64,000 nt of DNA from an uncultured Eubacteriales bacterium (GTDB taxonomy: Bacteria > Bacillota > Clostridia > Lachnospirales > Lachnospiraceae). Location: contig OMVQ01000113.1 of assembly GCA_900314555.1 (NCBI GenBank), positions 4,396-68,395 of the forward strand, in the 5' to 3' direction. Position numbers and translations under genes: made by a program. The notes under the pieces are model-generated. The model was not told the origin of the DNA, made no database searches, and was given only the letters and a program-made list of their open reading frames with translations. Below are positions 27,761 to 37,800 of the stretch, piece by piece; the stretch's first letter is position 1; each line of letters begins with the position of its first letter.

Positions 27761-28314
27761 AAATCTATTAATCCTTCCATAATATGTACTCTCATTATTC
27801 CCTCTTCGATATTTACATCTTTAATGCATTCCTTAATTGCAGGCAGAAGAAGTTCTTTTCCTCCAAATTCTTCATTTGCTTTTACTTCATAAACATCATT
27901 TGCACCTGTCTGTAATACATCACTAAGTATTCCGACTTCCCTGTCATCATCACTGATAACTTTTAATCCAATTAAATCTGCAATATAATATTCGTTTTCT
28001 TCAAGTGGAATTGCATCCTCTCTTGTTACATACAAGTCCATTCCTTTATATTTTTCAACATCATTTATATCATCAATGCCTTTGAATTTAACAATTACAA
28101 ATTGTTTAAAATATCTTGCACCGCTAATTTCTAATTCTATTAATTCACTTGTGGAATTACCTCTTAAGCCTTTTTTACAAAAGTCTACATATACTTTCTT
28201 AAGCTTACTAAATCTTTTAGGTTCATCTGTTGTTGGATATACTTTCACTTCCCCTTTAATACCATGAGTTGATGATACAACTCCGACTCTGAACATATCA
28301 CTTGTTTTATCCAT
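27757..28314 (-). CDS. rimM: Ribosome maturation factor RimM
   Basis: HGIKGEVKV, YYIADLIG, QTGANDVY, LLPAI; ATGA overlap with trmD. Confidence 0.96.
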   Translation of the reverse strand: MDKTSDMFRVGVVSSTHGIKGEVKVYPTTDEPKRFSKLKKVYVDFCKKGLRGNSTSELIELEISGARYFKQFVIVKFKGIDDINDVEKYKGMDLYVTREDAIPLEENEYYIADLIGLKVISDDDREVGILSDVLQTGANDVYEVKANEEFGGKELLLPAIKECIKDVNIEEGIMRVHIMEGLIDL

Positions 28315-28446
28315 TCTTACCTCCATTTATTATATAATAGAACTGTCATGGTGTATATCACATATCCAATGTAGCACATAGCAATCCTTTTAATCTTAAT
28401 CAGGTATTTTACCCTGATTATAATTGTCATTTTAATATCATACAAC

Positions 28447-28484
28447 AAAAGCTATCACAAAACAAATATTATGTGATAGCCTTT
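28447..28484 (-). terminator. Terminator after khpA
   Basis: AAAAGCTATCACA / TGTGATAGCCTTT. Confidence 0.65.
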
Positions 28485-28488
28485 TATA

Positions 28489-28719
28489 TTACTGTACTAT
28501 TTCAACAATAACTTTTTTGTTCTCTTTAAAAGCTGCGGCTTTAACAACAGAACGAATTGATTTAGCAATACGTCCTTGTTTGCCAATAACTTTTCCCATA
28601 TCTGATGGGGCAACCTTTAATTCAATAACTGTTCCCTTTTCATCTTCATGTTCAGTCACAACAACTTCATCAGGAGAGTCAACTAGTGCCTTTGCAAGTA
28701 TTTCTACTAATTCTTTCAT
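28489..28719 (-). CDS. khpA: KH-domain RNA-binding protein KhpA
   Basis: DMGKVIGKQGRIAKSIR; follows rpsP. Confidence 0.95.
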   Translation of the reverse strand: MKELVEILAKALVDSPDEVVVTEHEDEKGTVIELKVAPSDMGKVIGKQGRIAKSIRSVVKAAAFKENKKVIVEIVQ

Positions 28720-28742
28720 TACTACTACACCTCCACTAGCCA

Positions 28743-28988
28743 CTATTTTTCAATACCAGCCTGTTTTAATAACTTAGCTACTGTGTCTGTTGGCTGAGCA
28801 CCATTGTTTAACCATTTCTGTGCTAATTCAGCATCAATCTTAACTGCACTTGGTTCAACATTTGGATCATAAGTACCGATTTCTTCGATGAACTTACCAT
28901 CTCTTGGTGATCTTGAATCTGAAACTACTACTCTATAAAAAGGAGCTTTTTTCTGTCCCATTCTTCTTAATCTAATCTTTACTGCCAT
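28743..28988 (-). CDS. rpsP: 30S ribosomal protein S16
   Basis: [11 protein letters not shown]...[15 protein letters not shown]. Confidence 0.98.
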   Translation of the reverse strand: MAVKIRLRRMGQKKAPFYRVVVSDSRSPRDGKFIEEIGTYDPNVEPSAVKIDAELAQKWLNNGAQPTDTVAKLLKQAGIEK

Positions 28989-29023
28989 TGTCTTTTCACC
29001 TCCTTAGTTTTTTTATGTGTATG

Positions 29024-30367
29024 TTAAAAAGGAAGTCTGAATCTGCCTTTTTTACCACCTTTTTTGCCCATCATTCCGGACATCTGCTTCATAAGTTTCT
29101 TACTTTGTTCATATTGCTTCATAAGCCTGTTGACCTCTGCAATATCAACACCTGCACCTCTTGCAATTCTGTTCTTTCTAGATACATTAATAATTGCAGG
29201 ATTACTTCTCTCTTCCGGTGTCATAGAATAAATAATTGCTTCTGTTCTGCCTAATACTTTTTCATCAGGCATCTGAGCACCTTTTAGCTGATCACCCATT
29301 CCCGGAATCATACTAATAATATCTTCTAATCCACCCATTTTCTTAATCTGCTGCATCTGTTCAAGATAATCGTCAAATCCGAATTCAGCTTTCTTGAATT
29401 TCTTCTCTAACTCTTTAGCCTTCTCTTCATCAACAACAGCTTCGGCTTTCTCTATCAGTGTGAGTATATCACCCATACCTAATATTCTTGAAGCCATTCT
29501 GTCAGGATAAAACTGTTCTAAATCTGAAAGTTTTTCTCCCATACCAATATATAAAATAGGCTTTCCTGTAACTGCTCTGATTGACAGTGCAGCACCGCCT
29601 CTGGTATCACCATCTAATTTAGTAAGGATTACGCCGTCAATTCCAATCTTCTCGTTGAATGTTCCGGCTACGTTAACTGCATCCTGACCTGTCATGGCAT
29701 CTACTACCAAAATAGTCTGGTCAACTGTTACGTTTTCCTTAATCTCTATAAGCTCGTTCATCATATCTTCATCAATATGTAAACGACCGGCTGTATCGAT
29801 AATAACGACATTATTGCCATTCTTCTCAGCATGTTCAATTGCCGCTTTTACAATATTCACAGGCTTATGACCTGTTCCCATTGCAAATACCTCTACGCCC
29901 TGCTTCTCTCCATTTATCTGTAACTGTTCAATTGCTGCTGGTCTATATACATCACATGCAGCAAGTAAAGGCTTTCTTCCTTTAGCTTTAAGCTTTCCTG
30001 CTATCTTAGCCGTCGTAGTTGTCTTACCTGCACCCTGAAGACCGGTCATCATAATTACGGTTATCTCATTCTGTGGTCTTAACTTAATCTCAGTTGTCTC
30101 ACTTCCCATTAATGAAACCATTTCTTCATTAACAATCTTGATAACCATCTGTCCCGGAGTAAGACTTGTCATTACTTCCTGACCTATAGCTCTTTCCTCT
30201 ACAGACTTGACGAACTTCTTAACAACCTTAAAGTTAACATCAGCCTCTAATAAAGCCATCTTAACTTCCTTAAGTGCTGCCTTAACATCTGCTTCTGAAA
30301 GTTTTCCTTTGCCTCTTAAGTTTTTAAATATATTCTGAAGTTTATCTGATAAACTTTCAAATGCCAT
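29024..30367 (-). CDS. ffh: Signal recognition particle protein Ffh
   Basis: GLQGAGKTT, DTAGR, TKLDGD, Met-rich M domain. Confidence 0.98.
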   Translation of the reverse strand: MAFESLSDKLQNIFKNLRGKGKLSEADVKAALKEVKMALLEADVNFKVVKKFVKSVEERAIGQEVMTSLTPGQMVIKIVNEEMVSLMGSETTEIKLRPQNEITVIMMTGLQGAGKTTTTAKIAGKLKAKGRKPLLAACDVYRPAAIEQLQINGEKQGVEVFAMGTGHKPVNIVKAAIEHAEKNGNNVVIIDTAGRLHIDEDMMNELIEIKENVTVDQTILVVDAMTGQDAVNVAGTFNEKIGIDGVILTKLDGDTRGGAALSIRAVTGKPILYIGMGEKLSDLEQFYPDRMASRILGMGDILTLIEKAEAVVDEEKAKELEKKFKKAEFGFDDYLEQMQQIKKMGGLEDIISMIPGMGDQLKGAQMPDEKVLGRTEAIIYSMTPEERSNPAIINVSRKNRIARGAGVDIAEVNRLMKQYEQSKKLMKQMSGMMGKKGGKKGRFRLPF

Positions 30368-30387
30368 ACTATTCCTCCATATTGAAG

Positions 30388-30732
30388 TTATATTTCACTA
30401 AGTATCTTGTCAGAAATACTTATAATCTCATCAATTTCTTTCAAGTTATTATTAACTTTACATTCGTTAGAATATTTCTTAATAAGTTCAACATCTTTCT
30501 TAGTCTGCATAAATCTTTCAACCAAGTGCAACTTATCTTCATAATCTCTAAGTATCTTATCGCATCTTTTAATCAAATCGTGTACACCCTGTCTGGAAAT
30601 ACCCTCTTCTCTGGCAATCTCACTAGGCGACATATCATTAAATACAACATCTTCATATATATTCTTCTGATGTTCAGTAAGCAATTCACCATAGAAATCA
30701 TATAACATTGACTGTTCAACTATCTTAATCAA
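30388..30732 (-). CDS. ylxM: YlxM SRP-associated DNA-binding-like protein
   Basis: [16 protein letters not shown]...ISRQGVHD; TTG start at 30732 inferred from the SD. Confidence 0.93.
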   Translation of the reverse strand: MIKIVEQSMLYDFYGELLTEHQKNIYEDVVFNDMSPSEIAREEGISRQGVHDLIKRCDKILRDYEDKLHLVERFMQTKKDVELIKKYSNECKVNNNLKEIDEIISISDKILSEI

Positions 30733-30770
30733 GTCTATCCCTCGCTTCGTCAAGTTGCTTTACTTGACAT

Positions 30771-30799
30771 AGTATATAATACAAGAAAAGATATGTCAA
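30771..30799 (-). promoter_or_regulatory. Sigma-A promoter of ylxM-ffh
   Basis: TTGACA-N17-TATACT; flanked by two GTCAAG-N8-CTTGAC palindromes. Confidence 0.7.
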
Positions 30800-30833
30800 G
30801 TATTTTTTCTTGACATCTTACATATTTTACATC

Positions 30834-31347
30834 TCAAACTTCATAAATATCGAATTGCTCTATCATCATATATCAGACAAACTTTGTATATATGAATATT
30901 TAAACATATGCTTCGAATTGCTAATTTGTCGGTATCATCTTTCTGCTCTTATGATTATTTGTATTCATTCAATGCCCAGACATTTACGTGGAGTTATCCG
31001 TCTCTGACACACACTCGATTTATAACGTATCGTGTGGGAGTTTATGCCGTCATATGTAAAAGGGCGGTGCAGTAAATTTCCGTTCAAGCGAAGCGCGTTT
31101 GATTTACTGCACCGCAATAATCTCTACAGATGACGGCATTTACTCCCACTAGATTAAGGCATACGAGAGTGTGTGTCATAGACGGACAACTTCGCTAAAA
31201 TGTCTGTTCAGTGAATGTATACAAAACTTGAGCAGAAAGATGACACCTGACAAATTTACGCAATTCTTGCAAAAGTTCAAATATTCATATATACAAATTT
31301 GGCTGCATACAGATTATCTGGTTCAATTCGATATTTATGAAGTTTGA
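30834..31347 (+). repeat. Family A long palindromic element, copy 2 (514 bp)
   Basis: Perfect 24-bp terminal inverted repeat TCAAACTTCATAAATATCGAATTG; nested stems to an apical TCAAGCGAAGCGCGTTTGA hairpin. Confidence 0.92.
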
Positions 31348-31350
31348 ACA

Positions 31351-31399
31351 TATAATACAAAAGATATGCCACTTAACTGACATATCTTTTTGTATTATA
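31351..31399 (-). terminator. Terminator hairpin of the GGDEF gene
   Basis: TATAATACAAAAGATATG / CATATCTTTTTGTATTATA. Confidence 0.65.
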
Positions 31400-31402
31400 T
31401 AC

Positions 31403-32368
31403 TTATGAAATTATAAACATATTTTTGCCATAATTTTTGGCTTCATAGAGATTTCTGTCAGCTTTCTTATAGAGTGACTCTGTCTCTTTGCAATTCTTAT
31501 CTACAATAGTTGCACCTATACTGCATTGAATATTTAATACTTCATCACTTTCTGTATATTCAAATCGTATACATTTAAGTATTCTTTCAATTCTCTTTTT
31601 GGCTTTCACGATATCATCGCATTTCTTAAGAAGAAATACGAACTCATCTCCTCCTAATCTTCCGACAATATCATCATTATCCACATTTTCGAATAACAAA
31701 TCAGCGACTCTCTTAAGTACCTCGTCACCAGCCATATGTCCAAATGTATCATTTACATTCTTAAAATCATCTATATCTAAGATGCCATATACACTGTTTT
31801 GTTCTCTTTCTTCATTTAAGAATTCTTCTATCCTGCTGTTTAAATACTCTCTGTTGTAAATATGGGTAAGTGAATCTCTCTGTGACTTATGTATAAAATC
31901 TAATTCAAGCCGTTTACGGTCATCAATATTTCTAAACATTACGAAGATACTGTCTATGTTATCTAATCTTTCATTTGGAATAAAGACTACCACCATTCTA
32001 AGCCATATATAATCTTTTTCCTTATTCTTGATTCTTATATCATCTTCTACAACATATTTACCTGATTTGATACGTTTAAATATATCATTGCTTCTAAATA
32101 TATCTAATAATTCCGTATCCTCTTGCAGAAGCGAATTACTACACATATGCCAGAACCACTGATCCTGGTTTGTAAAATGAGTTTTCACCCCAAATAAGTC
32201 GTAATATTTATCCGGATCATAATAAAGTTTATTTTTCACATTATCATATATGATTACTACATCATACATACAATCAAGTAGTTTTCCATACACCGATTGA
32301 AATCTGCTATCATTTGTTAAATCACCTTTGAAAATATTATCTTCCGGTAAATTCATACCTTTATCCAT
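31403..32368 (-). CDS. Diguanylate cyclase (sensor/PAS-like N-domain + GGDEF)
   Basis: DSLTHIYNR, DIDDFKNVNDTFGH, RLGGDEF, ADRNLYEAK. Confidence 0.92.
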   Translation of the reverse strand: MDKGMNLPEDNIFKGDLTNDSRFQSVYGKLLDCMYDVVIIYDNVKNKLYYDPDKYYDLFGVKTHFTNQDQWFWHMCSNSLLQEDTELLDIFRSNDIFKRIKSGKYVVEDDIRIKNKEKDYIWLRMVVVFIPNERLDNIDSIFVMFRNIDDRKRLELDFIHKSQRDSLTHIYNREYLNSRIEEFLNEEREQNSVYGILDIDDFKNVNDTFGHMAGDEVLKRVADLLFENVDNDDIVGRLGGDEFVFLLKKCDDIVKAKKRIERILKCIRFEYTESDEVLNIQCSIGATIVDKNCKETESLYKKADRNLYEAKNYGKNMFIIS

Positions 32369-32457
32369 TTACTGTTTTCCCTCCGTCATTTGTATATACA
32401 GATTATGGTATCCTGGGTTTAACAAATATAATCATTAATCAGAACTGTCTATATGAC

Positions 32458-33675
32458 TTATAATACAGGCACCTCTAATTTAGGATTATATCCTTTCTTC
32501 TCTAAAGCTTTAATGATTTCTGCCTTATGTTCATTTCCAAATGACTCAAGTGTAATCTTAAGCTCTACTGCTGCATTTCTGTTAATGCTTACGAACTGGT
32601 TATGTTCAAGTTTAACGACATTTCCCTGTGCCTCTGCGATAACATTTGCAACCTTAACAAGTTCGCCCGGCTTATCAGGAAGTAAGACAGAGATTGTGAA
32701 TATTCTTCCTCTCTCAATAAGACCATGCTGAAGTGTTGATGACATTGTAATAATATCCATGTTACCACCACTAAGTATTGATACGACTTTCTTCTTCTTG
32801 AAATCTAAATGTTTAAGTGCTGCTACAGTAAGTAAACCAGAGTTCTCAACTACCATCTTATGGTTCTCAACCATATCAAGGAATGCAACTATTAACTCTT
32901 CATCAGGTATTGTAATAATATCATCAAGGTTCTTCTGGATATATGGGAATATCTTTGTACCCGGTGTCTTAACTGCTGTACCATCTGCAATAGTATTAGC
33001 ACTGTCTAATGTTACAACCTTGCCTGCTTTCAATGAAGCTTTCATACAGCTTGCACCTTCCGGCTCTACACCGATTACTTTGACATTTGGATTTAATAAT
33101 TTTGCAAGTGTACTTACACCAGTTGCTAATCCGCCACCACCGATTGGAACTAATATATAATCAACTGTTGGAAGTTCTTTAAAGATTTCCATTGCAATTG
33201 TTCCCTGACCTGTTGCAACGTCTAAATCATCAAATGGATGAATAAATGTTAATCCGTCTTTTTCTGCAAGTTCATATGCTTTTGCACATGCTTCATCATA
33301 TACATCACCATGTAATACAACTTTAGCACCATAGCTCTTTGTTCTGTTAACTTTCATAAGCGGTGTTGTAGTAGGCATTACGATTGTTGCAGGTACACCA
33401 TATAATTTAGCTGCATAAGCTACACCCTGTGCATGGTTTCCTGCTGATGCAGTAATAAGACCTTTCTTTCTGTCCTCTTCATTTAATGTACTGATTTTAT
33501 AATATGCACCTCTTACCTTATATGCACCCGTAAACTGCATATTCTCAGGTTTAAGATATACTTTATTACCTGTCTGTTCACTAAGATAATCACTATATAC
33601 AAGTTTTGTCTTTGTGATTACTTTTTTAACTACTTCTGTTGCTTCTTCAAATTTCTCAAGTGTCATCTTATCCAT
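32458..33675 (-). CDS. ilvA: Threonine ammonia-lyase with a single C-terminal ACT domain
   Basis: ENMQFTGAYKVRG PLP lysine, SAGNHAQG, PIGGGGL, SGGN; ACT LPDKPGEL. Confidence 0.92.
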   Translation of the reverse strand: MDKMTLEKFEEATEVVKKVITKTKLVYSDYLSEQTGNKVYLKPENMQFTGAYKVRGAYYKISTLNEEDRKKGLITASAGNHAQGVAYAAKLYGVPATIVMPTTTPLMKVNRTKSYGAKVVLHGDVYDEACAKAYELAEKDGLTFIHPFDDLDVATGQGTIAMEIFKELPTVDYILVPIGGGGLATGVSTLAKLLNPNVKVIGVEPEGASCMKASLKAGKVVTLDSANTIADGTAVKTPGTKIFPYIQKNLDDIITIPDEELIVAFLDMVENHKMVVENSGLLTVAALKHLDFKKKKVVSILSGGNMDIITMSSTLQHGLIERGRIFTISVLLPDKPGELVKVANVIAEAQGNVVKLEHNQFVSINRNAAVELKITLESFGNEHKAEIIKALEKKGYNPKLEVPVL

Positions 33676-33701
33676 ATCTCTATTCTTCTTTCTAAATATT
33701 T

Positions 33702-34643
33702 TTATTCATTTGATGAGTCTGTATCAAATAATGCATCAACAAAACTGTTAGCATCAAATTTCTGTAAATCTTCGATTTTCTCGCCAATTCCAATATATTT
33801 GACAGGAATTCCAAGTTCTGACTGAATTGCCACAGCGATACCACCCTTGGCAGTACCGTCCATTTTAGTAAGGATTACTCCTGTTATATCTGCACATTCC
33901 ATAAACTGCTTAGCCTGTGCTAATGCATTCTGTCCTGTTGTCGCATCTAATACTATGAAATTTTCTCTATATGCTTCACTATATTCCTTTTCAATGATTC
34001 TGTCAATTTTTTTTAGTTCAGCCATAAGATTTTTTTTGTTATGAAGTCGTCCTGCGGTATCGCAGATAAGCACATCTGCTTTTCTGGCTTTTGCTGCCTG
34101 AATGGCATCATATATAACTGCTGCTGGGTCTGAACCCTCCTGTTGTGCAATTATATCTGTACCTGCTCTGTGTGCCCATTCTGTAAGCTGTTCAATGGCT
34201 GCTGCCCTGAATGTATCTGCTGCTGCCATTATTACTTTCTTGCCTTTGCCTTTTATCTGTGCTGATAATTTACCAACCGAAGTAGTCTTACCCACACCAT
34301 TTACACCGATAACAAGTACAATTGACTTTCTGTCCTCGAATTCATAAGCATTCTCGCCTATATCCATCTGCTCTTTAATACTGTCGATTAAGAGCTGTTT
34401 ACATTCCTTTGGATCTTTGATTTTGTTAGCTTTAACTTTCTCTTTTAAATCATCAATAATCTTCATCGTAGTGGCAACACCTAAGTCACCCATTATAAGT
34501 ATCTCTTCGATTTCATCATAGAAATCATCATCAATACTTGAAAATCCGCTAAATATATTGTCAATTCCGGATACAATGTTATCTCTTGTCTTAGTAAGTC
34601 CTGATACTAACTTTCTAAAAAAGCCTTTCTTTTCTTCACTCAT
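33702..34643 (-). CDS. ftsY: SRP receptor FtsY
   Basis: [31 protein letters not shown]; start ATG 34643. Confidence 0.97.
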   Translation of the reverse strand: MSEEKKGFFRKLVSGLTKTRDNIVSGIDNIFSGFSSIDDDFYDEIEEILIMGDLGVATTMKIIDDLKEKVKANKIKDPKECKQLLIDSIKEQMDIGENAYEFEDRKSIVLVIGVNGVGKTTSVGKLSAQIKGKGKKVIMAAADTFRAAAIEQLTEWAHRAGTDIIAQQEGSDPAAVIYDAIQAAKARKADVLICDTAGRLHNKKNLMAELKKIDRIIEKEYSEAYRENFIVLDATTGQNALAQAKQFMECADITGVILTKMDGTAKGGIAVAIQSELGIPVKYIGIGEKIEDLQKFDANSFVDALFDTDSSNE

Positions 34644-34656
34644 ATAATTCTCCATT

Positions 34657-34835
34657 CCGCAGGCACAAAGTGTCGGAGGAATCGCGAGTCAAATGTCAGA
34701 TTTGACTCTGCGATAGATGCTAAATGTGGTGCCTGCAACACATTTAGCCGTGCGAAAGAATTGGTGCATCAGCACAATTCTTTCACACTATTCTCCTTAA
34801 ATAATCGCATCAGCATTATTTTTCACACTGTTCTG
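34657..34835. repeat. Family B multi-hairpin cassette between smc and ftsY
   Basis: Four tandem hairpins; last one (34750-34788) is 37/39 identical to 57333-57371; a degenerate extra hairpin lies at 34799-34835. Confidence 0.85.
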
Positions 34836-34854
34836 ATATCACATAATTATACAC

Positions 34855-37800
34855 CTAATTCGTCAGTTCTGCATCTAATAAATCAACAGAAACAAGTGTA
34901 GACACACCTTTCTCCTGCATAGTTATACCATACAGTCTGTCTGCTGCCTCCATTGTACCTTTTCTATGGGTAATAACGATGAACTGTGTATATTTAGTTA
35001 ATTTATGAAGATAATTAGCATATCTTGAAACGTTTGAATCATCTAAGGCAGCCTCTATTTCATCAAGCAGACAGAATGGAGATGGCTTAAGATTCTGAAT
35101 GGCAAATAATAACGCAATCGCTGTAAGTGCTTTCTCACCACCGGATAACTGCATCATATTCTGAAGCTTCTTTCCTGGTGGTTGTGAGATGATTGTTATT
35201 CCTGCCTCTAAGATATCCTCGTCCTCATTCAGTTCTATAGTACCCTTACCACCACCAAATAATTCCTTGAATACCTTATCAAACTCTGTACGAATCTGTG
35301 CAAATTTCTCTGTAAACTGCGCCCTCATACCTTTGTCTAATTCATCAATAATCTGAATTAATGATTTCTCTGCTTCTACTAAGTCATCATGCTGTGCCTT
35401 TAAGAATTCATATCTTTCAGAAACACTCTTATATTCTTCAATAGAATTAACATTTACATCGCCGAGTCCTCTGATTTTAGCCTTTAATTCAGCAATGTTT
35501 TTCTTAAGCTCAGGAAGATTATTATATTCATCATTCTTAAGTTCTAATGCAATATTATATGTGATTTCATATTCATTCCACATATAATTAATCTGGTTAT
35601 CCTGCTGCTCTTCTAACTTCTCACGCTGACTGTTCAATCTATAGATTTCTTTATCTAACTGATTCATTTTCTCTGACAGACTTTCACGCTTAGCGAAGAA
35701 ATCTTTATGTTCATTAGACTGTTTCTCTTTCTTCTGATACAATTCGGTTATTTCTTCAGAATATTTATTAAATGATTTATCAGCCTCTTCAATTGCTTTC
35801 TTAATGCTTTCAATCTCATCTAGTTTATTCTGTACATCACTTCCTGAATCCTCAGCATTTTTCTGAATATTCTCAAGTTCAGCATTATTAGTCTCTATTT
35901 CACCGTCTATACGTCTGATATTCTCTGCGACAAAAGTAACTTTCTGGTTCATCTCCATGAATTCTAACTTCATACTGTCTACTTTCTCGCTCTGGGCAGC
36001 TTCTTTTGCCTTTTCTTTCTCCATATCCTCTGTAAGAGATTTTATCTTCTCTTCTAAAGATGCATTCAGGTCCTCATAAGTCTTTAATTCAGAATTAAGT
36101 TCACTGCTGCTTTCCTTAATATCAGAAATCTGTATTCCGATTTCAGCATTTTCTCTCTTGAAATCTTCGAAAGAGGTCTGCAATTCATCACGCTTTTCAG
36201 TTGCCTGATTAAGATTTAACTTAATTGTATTCTGTAAAATGAACTGCTCCTGCAATACTTTCTTGATTTTATCAAGTTCGTTAGTATACTCTAACACCTG
36301 ACTCTTATACTTTTTAACAGCTTCTTCACATTTCTTATAATTTTCCTGATTCTCTTTAATGCTCTTCTCTAAATCTTCAATCTCTCTTCTACGTCCAAGA
36401 AGATTACTTGAATTTCTGAAAGCACCACCCGACATTGAACCACCAGCATTGAGCAATTCTCCCTCAAGTGTAACAATTCTTAATGTGTAATTATATTTTC
36501 TTGCAATTATTAAAGCATTATCAATATGGTCTACTACAACTATTCTTCCTAACAGATATTTTGCAATAGCTTCATATTCTTTCTTAATATGCACAAGGTC
36601 ACAGGCAAGTCCTAACACTCCTCTTTCACTTAATACTCTTTCATTGTTAAAGCCTGTCCTGTTAGCAATACTGCTAAGTGGAAGAAATGTTGCTCTACCG
36701 AATTTGTTCTTCTTAAGATATTCAATTAAATCTTTAGCAGTATTTTCAGTATCGGTAACCACATTCTGTATACTACCGCCTAATGCAGTTTCAATAGCTA
36801 CCTCATATTGCTTATCAACCTTGATAATATCAGCAACTACACCGATTACACCTTTCTTCTGCTCTTTAACTTCCATTATCTTTCGGATACTGTTACCATA
36901 TCCCTCATATCTCTCAGTAATATTCTTAAGAGATTCTAACTTAGAATGGTTACGCTGGTATTCCATAGATAAATCTTTAGACTTCTTATCTAATTCTGAA
37001 AGATTTCTATTAGTCTCACTAATGTTATCAGTAATCTCATCACTCTTTTTCGAAAGTTCAATAATCTGCATACTTACATCTTTCAAATCACTTTCAAATT
37101 CTTCGATTACCTTATCCTGGCTCTCTCTGTCACTTGAGAACTTAATAAGCTTCTGGCTTATCTCAGATTTTCTTATGGAAACCTGTTCAAGCATTGTATC
37201 ATATCTCTGAATTTTTGATTTAACAGCCGACTTCTGATTTAATAAATCAATAATTTCATTCTTAGCCTCTTCAATTTCAGATAAGATAGACTCAATATTT
37301 TCAGAGATTCCTGCCAAAGCATCAAATTCTTTCTTACGTGTCTCATCAGCTTCTTTTAATACGCTGTTGATGTTATTCTTCTCATTAACATAAGATTCTT
37401 TCTCTTTCTGTAATTCAATTAATTTATCATTAATAGCCTGAATTCTTTCCTTGATATGTAAATCATTCATTTTAGCTGAATTAATCTGCTCATTTAATAA
37501 TCTGATTTCACCATCATATTTCTCTTTTAACAACTGAATCTTATTTAATTCATTCTTCTTCTCATCTACGTTAGAAGTAATCTCTTCTATCTCTAATTCT
37601 AACTGTTCATATTCAGTTTTAATTCTTTCAAATACTTTCTTAGTCTCTTCTAAATCATTAGTAGCAATCTCGTTCTTGCCATCAAGTTCAGATAACTTAT
37701 TCTTAATATTCTCAACTTCTAATAAGAACATATTAATATCATTTACTTTAAGTTCTTCTTTATATTTCAAATATTCTCTGGCTTTCTCAGACTGTCTCTC

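Noticed and set aside
30810-31007. 65-aa + strand ORF overlapping Family A copy 2
   Set aside because: Runs through palindromic repeat DNA with no SD and no recognisable motif; not preserved in the other copies
30829-31351. ACAT on both sides of Family A copy 2 as a possible target-site duplication
   Set aside because: 4-bp AT-rich match that is not reproduced at copies 1 or 3
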